A DNA stretch of 36,800 nt from an uncultured Alphaproteobacteria bacterium (GTDB lineage: Bacteria > Pseudomonadota > Alphaproteobacteria > Rs-D84 > CASDRH01). Under the pieces are notes generated by a model that searched no databases, was not told where the DNA came from, and saw only the letters and a list, made by a program, of their open reading frames with translations. The stretch is taken from positions 1 through 36,800 of the forward strand of contig CAUTVF010000002.1 of NCBI GenBank assembly GCA_963541805.1. Reading direction: 5' to 3'. This document shows, in pieces, positions 24,120-31,509 of the stretch; the first letter of the stretch is position 1, and every line of letters starts with the position of its first letter. The translations under genes and the position numbers were made by a program.

Positions 24120-25726
24120 TATGAATCCTTTTTAATTGTTATTTTTGCGGTTGCTTTATTTGGGATCTTCGATAGATCAACTTTTGCTGTTGCTTTGTTT
24201 ATTTTTTCAATATTTACATTCGCAGTTGCTTTATTTAGAACTTTAGAAATCTCGATATTTGCACTAGCTGGAGGAGTAAATAATTCTAATTTAACTTTTG
24301 CTGAAGCTTTTTTAATTGCAGAAATCTCGATATTTGCGGTTGCTTTTTTAGCTTCTTTTGTTATATCAATTTTAGCAGTTGCTTTATTTGGAACTTTAGA
24401 AATTTCGATATTTGCAGTTGCTTTTTCAAGTTTCTTTTCTTTAATTACAATTGTATTAGTTACTTCAGTTGGTGAATACCCGTCTTTAGAAATTGTAATT
24501 TTTATTTTCGAAACTCCAACTTTTTTACCAGTAATTCGTTTATTTACTGTGTCAACTTCAATATTTTCAGAACCTTCAATTACTTCTACTTTTGCAATTG
24601 CGTCTGCCGGAGTATATTCAAGTGTAAAATCTTTGAATTCATCGACTTTAATTTCAGATGGAATTACAATATTTGAATTAATTACTGGTAAACTATGAAT
24701 TTCTAAATCTTTTGAAACTGTATTTGGTCGGTATCCAGATTTTTTAGCAGTTACAAGTAAATTAGAAATACCAACTCGGCTTGGAGTTATAGTTCCTTTA
24801 ACAAATTTACCATCTTCTTTGCTAGTTATAACAAATCCAAGAGTATTTGTAGAATCAGTTACTGTTATTTCACCTGAACTAAAAATTGCTACATTATATG
24901 TTTTACCAATTTGTAAATTAGACTCGTTTTCCACAGTTGCTGATAAATCAACAGTTTCAATATCAGCAATTTTAAATTCTGTTGTAAAAACAGAAGTTCT
25001 AAAATTGTCTGCAGAAGCTTCAAATGTTAATTTTACAGAATCTGTTGGCTTAATAAGCTCAATTGCTTTTGAATTTGGATATAGTGTTACTGAATCATTG
25101 CTTGCAGAAACTGTTACCTTAATATCTTTTGGCGCTACAGGACTAATTTTATAAGTTAGCATATTGCCGACTTTAAAATTATTCTCAATTTCATCGCCTT
25201 CAATTTTAACAGTAAAATCAACTGCTGGAACATAATCAGGATTTGATTTTTCGACCATAACATTTGATACGTCGAGAACATCATAAGTTGTTGAGCCAGA
25301 AGTTGAAATAGAAATTACATCACCATTTTTAAACTTATCAGTCGGCTCAAAAAATAATGATGCTCCATTTGATTCAACATATTTAACATCTAATTTTGTT
25401 CTTGTATTATCAAGTTGGTGAACAGAATCCCAGAAAACCGGACTTATTGAAGTTAATGCACCATTTAAGTCGCCTGCGCGAGATACATATATTGCACCAG
25501 AATATTGCAAATAATTATAAACTTGATACCAGTCGTTATAATTATCTTTATTAGGGCCTCCGAAAATATCCTCAAGTTCTTGGGTCGTTGAAATTTTAGT
25601 CCAAGCACCTATTGCGCCTTTTTCGAAGTTTCCGGCAAATACAGCATCCGAATCGCCTGAGCTAACTGTTACTGGAGATTTATCAACTTCAGAAACGAGG
25701 ACACCGGGAGATAGGAGAGTTGCCAT
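24119..25726 (-). CDS. gp18: tail sheath N-terminal segment (gp18 residues ~1-95) fused to Ig-like domains and a C-terminal 8x peptide repeat
   Basis: MATLLSPGVLVSEVDKS...AVFAGNFEKG...ELEDIFGGP...NYLQYSGAIYVSRA is colinear with T4 gp18 MTLLSPGIELKETTVQS...ALAGKFQWG...NTFGQP...NFLQYGNDLRVVRA. Repeated domain ends follow: SGYRPNTVSKDLEI and DGYSPTEVTNTIVI. Confidence 0.75.
   Translation of the reverse strand: MATLLSPGVLVSEVDKSPVTVSSGDSDAVFAGNFEKGAIGAWTKISTTQELEDIFGGPNKDNYNDWYQVYNYLQYSGAIYVSRAGDLNGALTSISPVFWDSVHQLDNTRTKLDVKYVESNGASLFFEPTDKFKNGDVISISTSGSTTYDVLDVSNVMVEKSNPDYVPAVDFTVKIEGDEIENNFKVGNMLTYKISPVAPKDIKVTVSASNDSVTLYPNSKAIELIKPTDSVKLTFEASADNFRTSVFTTEFKIADIETVDLSATVENESNLQIGKTYNVAIFSSGEITVTDSTNTLGFVITSKEDGKFVKGTITPSRVGISNLLVTAKKSGYRPNTVSKDLEIHSLPVINSNIVIPSEIKVDEFKDFTLEYTPADAIAKVEVIEGSENIEVDTVNKRITGKKVGVSKIKITISKDGYSPTEVTNTIVIKEKKLEKATANIEISKVPNKATAKIDITKEAKKATANIEISAIKKASAKVKLELFTPPASANIEISKVLNKATANVNIEKINKATAKVDLSKIPNKATAKITIKKDS
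24122..24424 (-). repeat. in-frame tandem repeat encoding eight 12-14-aa units (consensus KATA[NK][IV][ED]I[ST]K[VI]PN) at the C-terminus of the 535-aa sheath-N ORF
   Basis: The eight units are KATANIEISKVPN, KATAKIDITKEAK, KATANIEISAIK, KASAKVKLELFTPP, ASANIEISKVLN, KATANVNIEKIN, KATAKVDLSKIPN and KATAKITIKKDS. The DNA units recur as agaaatytcgatatttgcrgttgcttt. Confidence 0.8.
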
Positions 25727-25913
25727 TTAAATCCTTTCATAAAATTAGAGAGCATAGTTAAATAGCAAGTATTAGGAATTTTATGGAAGATAACCCTCAA
25801 AATTGAAAAATTAAAACCTTGCTAGTTCTAATATGCTTATCTTACAATTATTTATATTTTTGAAATTTAAAATTGTCAATTTAAAAATAAATAATAACAA
25901 AAGAGATTTGTCA

Positions 25914-26561
25914 ATGCCAAATTCAAAAAATATTAGATTTAGAATTCGTAATAATAATGATGTCCAGAAACTCCAGTCAGTTAATGATTCTGGGTTCGAA
26001 GTAACCTCTGATGTAAAATTAGAGACTTTAACTCACCAAGAAGTCGACAGCAATTTTGCAATTTTGATTAATTATTTAAAATCAATTGCAAATGAAATTG
26101 ATTCAATTAATAGTCTTATTAAAGCATTGGATCCGGAGACTCTTAAAAATATTAATAATAAATTGATTGAAATTAATAATATTAAAGATAGTTTAAATGA
26201 ATTAAAAAAGAATTTTGATTCCCATTTAACAGATTTCAAAACTTTTAAAAATTTAACAACTTCCGAACTAGCAAAAAAACTTGAGTCAGTCAAAACAATT
26301 AACGGCCAAGATATAACTGGTAAAGGTGCAACAATTCTCAATATTTCGAGAACTCAATTTACAACACACTTGACTGATATTCGAACACCCGAAGTTGGAA
26401 CAATTTCAATTCTAAATACAAAAGCTACGCCGACTTACAATGAATTGTATAAAGGTGATTTTTTGTATATTGAATCAACTCCGGATTTCAAGGTTCCCGG
26501 AACTTGGAGATGCATTGGAATTATTAATAATTCAACGGCACTTTATATTAGACTTGCTTAA
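25914..26561 (+). CDS. coiled-coil fibre-like protein (fibritin/tail-fibre-like), function uncertain
   Basis: I use the internal ATG at 25914 (SD AAAGAG, ATAAATA box 20 nt upstream). Long heptad-like segment and INGQDITGKGATILNIS, typical of fibre proteins. Confidence 0.45.
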   Translation: MPNSKNIRFRIRNNNDVQKLQSVNDSGFEVTSDVKLETLTHQEVDSNFAILINYLKSIANEIDSINSLIKALDPETLKNINNKLIEINNIKDSLNELKKNFDSHLTDFKTFKNLTTSELAKKLESVKTINGQDITGKGATILNISRTQFTTHLTDIRTPEVGTISILNTKATPTYNELYKGDFLYIESTPDFKVPGTWRCIGIINNSTALYIRLA

Positions 26562-26590
26562 TTTTAATGTTAAATCGTGGATTTTAAAAT

Positions 26591-27955
26591 ATGGAATTAA
26601 AAAGAACTCCAAAATCATATCATAATAAATTTACGGATGCAACAAGAATTTCGGACATCTCAATAAAGATTATTGATGCTACGAATAGTAATCAAGTTAT
26701 TATTGAGCACCAAAAAATACAAGAATATGAGCTTAGAACTCGAGATTTTATGCTTGAAGGATTTGTTCAATTTGTAAATGATATTGATTTTGAGACTTCT
26801 TTTAATAATTCAAATAATATTAAAATTGTTATTTTCTTCAAGGATCTTTATGATCGTTATTTTCAGCGCGAATTTCAAGTTACAAAAATTTTGAAATCTG
26901 AAAATGGTAATGTTAAATTTATAACTCTTAATTTTATTGACGCCATTTTTTATATAATGTCCAAAACATTTAAAGCAAAGACAATAAAATCAAAAAATTT
27001 CGAGGACTTAGTAACTCAGGTATTTGATGAATTTGTATATCCAAATCTAATTTCATCAAAACCAATTCTTACTTTTGATTTGCCAAGTTTTGAAAATATT
27101 GAAAATTCTTTATTTTCTACACTTGCAAATGGTGTTAAACAATATAGTCAAATTGCATCAAATACTCTTAATAAAGCAAAATCGGAATTATCAAAAGGCA
27201 ATATAACTGGTGCAATTAATTCAGTTAAATCCGGATTTAATAATATTTCAAAAGTTTTTGGGAATTCTAATTCAGAATTCAAATCAGAAAATCAAAATGC
27301 CGATAATTATTTCAATGTGACTCCGAATAAATCAATTTTACAAATATTGTCCGAGCAGGCAGAATTTAATGGATATTTAATGTATCAAACAAAGAGACAT
27401 ATTGTATTTTTAAAACTTGATAAAGCAAAACCCGCAAATCTTAAAAAATATACCCTTAGTTATAGCAATATTGGTGATTTTAATAGTCCAAATGATGTTC
27501 TCGAATATAAGAGAGTTGGAATTGATGGACTCCAAAAAAATGTAAAAAATAAGGGTCTTTATTTGGATCCAAGTTCAAAAGTCTTTAAAGTTCTCGAAGT
27601 TGATGCAAAATCAGAAGGCCTTACAAATACAAGTGATATCCAATATTCAAATGGAGTTGAATATTCTGAACAATACCAAAGTAATGCAAATAATATTTTT
27701 GCAAATACATATAAAAATTTATTATCAAACTCTGGTATTTTGGCTGTTGTTGTTGGACACATTTGTGATATGGAATTGTTTAGATGTGCTAATTTAAATT
27801 TAGCAGCTTCCGATACTGCATCAACTGCTCAATTTGGATCAATTAAAGAATCTGGATTTTATTTTGTAACATCGTTTACTGATAAGATTTATAATGGTCT
27901 TTATTTTTTACAACTTGTTGGATTTAGCAGATTCGATGATACTAAAATTAAATAA
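26591..27955 (+). CDS. virion structural protein, possibly gp27-like baseplate hub
   Basis: The size and the N-terminal (TRDFMLEGFVQF) and C-terminal (GFYFVTSFTDKIYNGLYFLQLVGFSR) blocks loosely resemble gp27/gpD-type hubs. Not verified. Confidence 0.4.
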   Translation: MELKRTPKSYHNKFTDATRISDISIKIIDATNSNQVIIEHQKIQEYELRTRDFMLEGFVQFVNDIDFETSFNNSNNIKIVIFFKDLYDRYFQREFQVTKILKSENGNVKFITLNFIDAIFYIMSKTFKAKTIKSKNFEDLVTQVFDEFVYPNLISSKPILTFDLPSFENIENSLFSTLANGVKQYSQIASNTLNKAKSELSKGNITGAINSVKSGFNNISKVFGNSNSEFKSENQNADNYFNVTPNKSILQILSEQAEFNGYLMYQTKRHIVFLKLDKAKPANLKKYTLSYSNIGDFNSPNDVLEYKRVGIDGLQKNVKNKGLYLDPSSKVFKVLEVDAKSEGLTNTSDIQYSNGVEYSEQYQSNANNIFANTYKNLLSNSGILAVVVGHICDMELFRCANLNLAASDTASTAQFGSIKESGFYFVTSFTDKIYNGLYFLQLVGFSRFDDTKIK

Positions 27956-27957
27956 AA

Positions 27958-27973
27958 TTACATTTAAATGTAA
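27958..27973 (+). terminator. 16-nt palindrome, copy 7 (exact), 3 nt after stop 27955; terminator candidate
   Basis: ttacatttaaatgtaa followed by attaattaattttttta. Confidence 0.5.
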
Positions 27974-28075
27974 ATTAATTAATTTTTTTATAATTTATAT
28001 ATACAAACAAAATTTTTTAAATTAAATTTTCGGTTAAAAATCAGAATTTTAAACGTAGATTTAATTTACTGACAA

Positions 28076-29134
28076 TTACCATAAATCCTCTAAATTATCA
28101 GTATTTGCTCTCAAATCATATCCAAGAGGCTCAATCATTAACTCAAGTGGAACTAAAAAGAATTTTTCAAAATTCAAATCGAAATCAATAAAATCTCTAA
28201 ATTGATTTGCAAATGTATCGGAATCAAACATAAAAATATTTGATTTAAGTGGATTTGGCTCTCTCAGATACAACATTTTATATTTTGATCCGAGTTCCAA
28301 TTTTTGAAATCTTTCGGGATTTGCATCAATATATTGATTTGTAACCAAGAAAGCTCTTGAATTAATTGGAATTGCCTTTGAAGTTTTTAAATCATAATTA
28401 TCTTTTGTTACACTGCTAACTTTTGCAATACTTGATAACGGTTGAGCCAAATAGATTTTTCTAACTTCTGCTAACCAATTTTTAATTGCATTTAAATCGG
28501 CTTTCATTAATATTTTTACAGCTTCTGAAAGATATTTTCTACAAAAACTCGGCGTCGAACTTCTAATAATATCGAGGCCGTGGACTTTTATTTTTGGCGG
28601 ATCATACCGAGTTCCTTCATCATCAAGCACTGCAATTGCATATCTTTTTTTAGCAACAAATATTGCATTTTCAAAAATTGCTTCGCGCTTTGTTACTAAT
28701 TTTCCTTTGCTAAATGCATTAAAAATATATTCAACAATTTCAGAACTTTTGTTAACAATTGGTTGAAATACACCCTCTACAATTTTATCAAGCGAATCAA
28801 CATTGTATTCAATTGGTAATTTTTTTGGGAATTCGAAATATCCGGAATCAGTATCAGCATATCGTCTATATCCATAATTCGGATTTTTGTCAATTTCTTT
28901 GCATTTTGAATCAATCAAATTTCCAAATAAATTGACATAAAACCGAGAATTGGAAGTTATTGCGCAAGCTATAATCATTTTATTAAGTAAAAATCCTGGA
29001 TTTGCAAGAGCACCATAAAGCGCATTAATCATAACTTTATATGCAAATTGCATATTATCATATGAGTCTGCAAGATCCAATTCTTGGTGATATAAATCAA
29101 GAAGTTCAGAATCTGAAAGTTCGTTTATTTCCAT
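28076..29134 (-). CDS. gp43: family-B DNA polymerase, C-terminal fragment (second half of fingers, palm motif C, thumb)
   Basis: Motif B KVMINALYGAL, motif C YADTDSGYF, and KKRYA. Confidence 0.9.
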   Translation of the reverse strand: MEINELSDSELLDLYHQELDLADSYDNMQFAYKVMINALYGALANPGFLLNKMIIACAITSNSRFYVNLFGNLIDSKCKEIDKNPNYGYRRYADTDSGYFEFPKKLPIEYNVDSLDKIVEGVFQPIVNKSSEIVEYIFNAFSKGKLVTKREAIFENAIFVAKKRYAIAVLDDEGTRYDPPKIKVHGLDIIRSSTPSFCRKYLSEAVKILMKADLNAIKNWLAEVRKIYLAQPLSSIAKVSSVTKDNYDLKTSKAIPINSRAFLVTNQYIDANPERFQKLELGSKYKMLYLREPNPLKSNIFMFDSDTFANQFRDFIDFDLNFEKFFLVPLELMIEPLGYDLRANTDNLEDLW

Positions 29135-29430
29135 TTAGATTTCCAAAAATTTAAATCTGGATTTAGTTCAACGCGCTTGCCAATTTGGATATTTAAACCA
29201 TCAGCAACCATTGCGATATTTGATCCGTTTATAATTATATCTTTATTAAGTTTAATAAAAATCGCAGAATCTGAAACTTTTACTTCGGATATGGCGTCTA
29301 ACAATATATTTAATAATTTTGATTTATCTATTTTAGTTGTATTTTGATTTAAAACAGCATTACATTCTTTTGAACTTTGAACTGTTAAATCAATACTATT
29401 TAGTTTAAATTTTAATAAATCTGTTTTCAT
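29125..29430 (-). CDS. hypothetical protein, overlaps the polB-C start by 10 nt
   Basis: 101-aa ORF in the operon with polB-C. No motif recognised. Confidence 0.5.
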   Translation of the reverse strand: MKTDLLKFKLNSIDLTVQSSKECNAVLNQNTTKIDKSKLLNILLDAISEVKVSDSAIFIKLNKDIIINGSNIAMVADGLNIQIGKRVELNPDLNFWKSKWK

Positions 29431-29451
29431 TTTGAGCCTTGTAAATCAATT

Positions 29452-29655
29452 CTAATGTGTTAAAATTCTTACAAATCCAATTTCTGGATTTTTGAATTTT
29501 TCTAAAATCTTGAGAAATAATTCGTAAATTTCCGAATCGGAATTTCTTGCTTTTACTAAATAATCAAAGCAAGTATTTATTGTCAAATCAAAAACGCAAT
29601 CCGTATCCAAAATGAATTTTTCAAGTTTTGGATTATATGGAATGTATGCAATCAT
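29452..29655 (-). CDS. hypothetical small protein; first gene behind a promoter cassette
   Basis: 67-aa ORF with the conserved leader and SD GAAAGGA. Stop codon is TAG. Confidence 0.5.
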   Translation of the reverse strand: MIAYIPYNPKLEKFILDTDCVFDLTINTCFDYLVKARNSDSEIYELFLKILEKFKNPEIGFVRILTH

Positions 29656-29715
29656 TAGTGAAGTCCTTTCTTTTTTATTAAGATTATATAATATTAAAAC
29701 TGAAATTTCACGTAA
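29656..29715 (-). promoter_or_regulatory. conserved promoter and leader cassette, copy 3
   Basis: Minus-sense sequence: ttacgtgaaatttcagttttaatattatataatcttaataaaaaagaaaggacttcactaATG. The -10 box is at 29683-29688. Confidence 0.5.
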
Positions 29716-29737
29716 TTGTTTTTGACTGGATTTTTAA

Positions 29738-29772
29738 GTAGACGTAGTGCCTCTAAGATTTAGTTTGATCCC
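29738..29772 (-). promoter_or_regulatory. 34-nt conserved upstream motif, copy F (82 nt upstream of ATG 29655)
   Basis: gtagacgtagtgcctctaagatttagtttgatcc, identical to copy A. Confidence 0.6.
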
Positions 29773-29910
29773 TTTTGATATTTATAATTTTATAATATTT
29801 TAGTTGACATTTTTTAAATTTCAAAAACTAACTTTTATAATGCGAAGCATAAAATTAGTAATTTTTTGATTTTTAGAGCAGATTTTGCATTTGTAAAATC
29901 AAACAATAAA

Positions 29911-29918
29911 TATAAATA
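29911..29918 (+). promoter_or_regulatory. T4-type late promoter box TATAAATA upstream of the tail tube gene
   Basis: Exact TATAAATA, 15 nt before GTG 29934. Confidence 0.5.
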
Positions 29919-29933
29919 AAAAAGGTTAATAAA

Positions 29934-30530
29934 GTGAGCAATAAAATTGAAGAAATAAAAAGAGTTCTTCACGGCGGCTCAAAAGCAACTAAATATATGG
30001 TATCCTTTAGTTTTCCAACAGAAGTTGCACATAATTTTGAGATAGCCGAAATGAACTGCTTAGCAAAAGCAACCTCGTTTCCGGGTAAGAGTATTGGTCA
30101 AATTGAAGTTTATAATCAAGGTCGAAAAATTCCAATTCCTGGAGACACAGCATATGATTCCACCTGGACAGTTACTTTTTATGTTGATCAGGCGCACAAA
30201 ATCCGAAAAGATTTCTTAAATTGGATGAAATCAATTGATAATTTTCAAGCAAATACACATAGCGGTAGGCCTGAAAATTTATTTGTAAGAATGTCTGTTT
30301 CGCAACTCGATAGTCTTGAAAAAGAAGTTGCAAAATATACACTTCTTGATGTATGGCCTCAGGGTGTTGGTGAAATTTCGCTTGGTGCCGGAGATTTAGA
30401 TACAATTCTTGAATTCGAAGTAACATTTAGTCTTTCAAGCTGGATTATTGAAGCACAAAATGGAACTGAGTTTGACTCGCCGCTTGATGGCCGTGTTCAT
30501 TCAACAAATACTGTTGCTCCAGATCAATAA
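29934..30530 (+). CDS. gp19: tail tube protein (T4 gp19 family), GTG start
   Basis: CLAKATSFPGKSIG vs T4 CKATALPAGIV; WTVTFYVDQAH vs WTVTVMNDEAH; VWPQGVGEISL...EFEVTFSLSSW vs LWPTNVGELQL...TFEVTLALDYW. A TATAAATA box lies 15 nt upstream. Confidence 0.9.
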   Translation: MSNKIEEIKRVLHGGSKATKYMVSFSFPTEVAHNFEIAEMNCLAKATSFPGKSIGQIEVYNQGRKIPIPGDTAYDSTWTVTFYVDQAHKIRKDFLNWMKSIDNFQANTHSGRPENLFVRMSVSQLDSLEKEVAKYTLLDVWPQGVGEISLGAGDLDTILEFEVTFSLSSWIIEAQNGTEFDSPLDGRVHSTNTVAPDQ

Positions 30531-30541
30531 GAGGTTTCAAA

Positions 30542-31201
30542 ATGATTGATAAAATATTAGAATCGGACAAAAGATTGGATCCTCAAACAATTTCAGAAAT
30601 TACAGAAGTTTTCAACGAAGTTGTGGAATCTGTTGTTGCTGAAAGAGTTGCAGAATCCGTTGCAAAAAAAGAAGCTGATTTAGAAGCTGAATTTAATGAG
30701 CAAGTTAAAAAAGTTGAGGAATCGTTGCTATCTGGAATTGATAAATTTGTTACCGAATCCGTTGAAGCATTTGTAAATGAGAAAAAATCACAATTTGATG
30801 CTTTAGTTGAAAGCAAGAAAAACTTAGCTCAAATTGAAAGTTTTAAGATTTTTTGTGAATCAATTGAAGCAAATCCGGAATTAGAAATTTCAAAACAATG
30901 TAAAAAACTTAAAAAAGAAATTAAAAATCTTCACGAATCATTAAATTCGAAAGATTCGGAATTAGATTCAGAATTAGCAACAAATGAATCGTTGTTGAAA
31001 GAAATTGCAGATCTTAAAAATGATTTAAAAGATTTTAAATCAAAATATAAAAAACTTCAAGAGTCAATTGATACTGAAATTGATGATGATTTTATAACTG
31101 AGGCAGATATCGCAAGTATTGCAAAAAAAATTAGAAATCCAAAAACTGAAACAAAATTAGAAACTCCAAAATTTATTTCTGAAGACTACTCAAACTTTTA
31201 A
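30542..31201 (+). CDS. acidic coiled-coil protein, possible prohead scaffold (gp22-like)
   Basis: 219 aa, highly acidic, with helical heptad character throughout. Confidence 0.4.
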   Translation: MIDKILESDKRLDPQTISEITEVFNEVVESVVAERVAESVAKKEADLEAEFNEQVKKVEESLLSGIDKFVTESVEAFVNEKKSQFDALVESKKNLAQIESFKIFCESIEANPELEISKQCKKLKKEIKNLHESLNSKDSELDSELATNESLLKEIADLKNDLKDFKSKYKKLQESIDTEIDDDFITEADIASIAKKIRNPKTETKLETPKFISEDYSNF

Positions 31202-31209
31202 ATTCCAAA

Positions 31210-31234
31210 AATCCCTCTAGATTTTAGAGGGATT
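31210..31234 (+). terminator. stem-loop after the scaffold-like gene
   Basis: AATCCCTCTA-gattt-TAGAGGGATT starts 9 nt after stop 31201. The trailing T-run is weak. Confidence 0.45.
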
Positions 31235-31258
31235 CTAAATCTTATTTAATTTTATATT

Positions 31259-31318
31259 AAAAATCAAAAAATTACTAATTTTATGCTTATGCATTATAAA
31301 AGTTAATTTTTGATTTTT
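31259..31318. repeat. second hairpin family (AAAAATCAAAAAATTACTAATTTTATGC, loop, GCATTATAAAAGTTAATTTTTGATTTTT)
   Basis: Related copies lie at about 7404-7430, 10729-10777, 10804-10852, 18796-18845 and 21396-21440. Inverted copies lie at 11022-11056 and 29833-29878. Confidence 0.6.
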
Positions 31319-31379
31319 AAAATGGATTTTGATTTTTTTACGGAATTTAAACGGAGATTTTGAATTCGTAATTTTAAGA

Positions 31380-31450
31380 GCACCATACCAGAAAATTTTA
31401 TTTGTTTATTATATAATATATAATAAAATAAATTTATTTTCCAGCCGGCT
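31380..31450. repeat. core long palindrome, copy 5
   Basis: gcaccataccagaaaatttt...tatataatatataataaaa...ttttccagccggct. Confidence 0.7.
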
Positions 31451-31470
31451 TCAAAAAATTAGCCGCAGGC

Positions 31471-31509
31471 TTGAATTTTGAAATTTTGAAATTTTGAAAT
31501 ATTGAAATC
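31471..31509. repeat. short tandem octamer repeat (GAAATTTT-like, about 4.5 copies) between the helicase stop and its hairpin
   Basis: ttgaattttgaaattttgaaattttgaaatattgaaatc. Confidence 0.6.

Noticed and set aside
24195-24698. 167-aa plus-strand ORF, and similar shadow ORFs at 1803-2084, 1967-2158, 5317-5499, 7028-7237, 11155-11364, 16274-16528, 16486-16686, 19522-19719, 20988-21221, 22820-23119, 23546-23785, 24819-25154, 26072-26341, 26440-26625, 27559-27762, 27600-27797, 30172-30426, 30583-30816 and 32894-33082
   Set aside because: All are embedded in, or antisense to, longer ORFs with recognisable protein motifs. They have low-complexity or hydrophobic translations typical of AT-rich shadow frames, and none has an SD-like AAAGGA upstream. 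ORF 24195-24698 is explained by the tandem repeat on the coding strand.
25741-25832. Possible tRNA or small RNA in the GC-richer stretch between the sheath-N and fibre-like genes
   Set aside because: I could not fold a cloverleaf. There is no acceptor-stem complementarity and no GTTCRA T-loop or D-loop GG signature. No other tRNA-like sequence was seen in the window, but a tRNAscan run would be needed to be certain.
29452-29454. In-frame TAG readthrough between the 67-aa and 101-aa ORFs, which are in the same frame
   Set aside because: A TGA occurs two codons after the TAG, so the frame is not open, unlike the 12270 case.
7267-31509. Whether the recurring intergenic repeats could be a CRISPR array
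   Set aside because: The copies are separated by kilobases of protein-coding genes. They vary in module order and orientation, are AT-rich long palindromes, and no cas genes are visible. This is not a repeat-spacer array.
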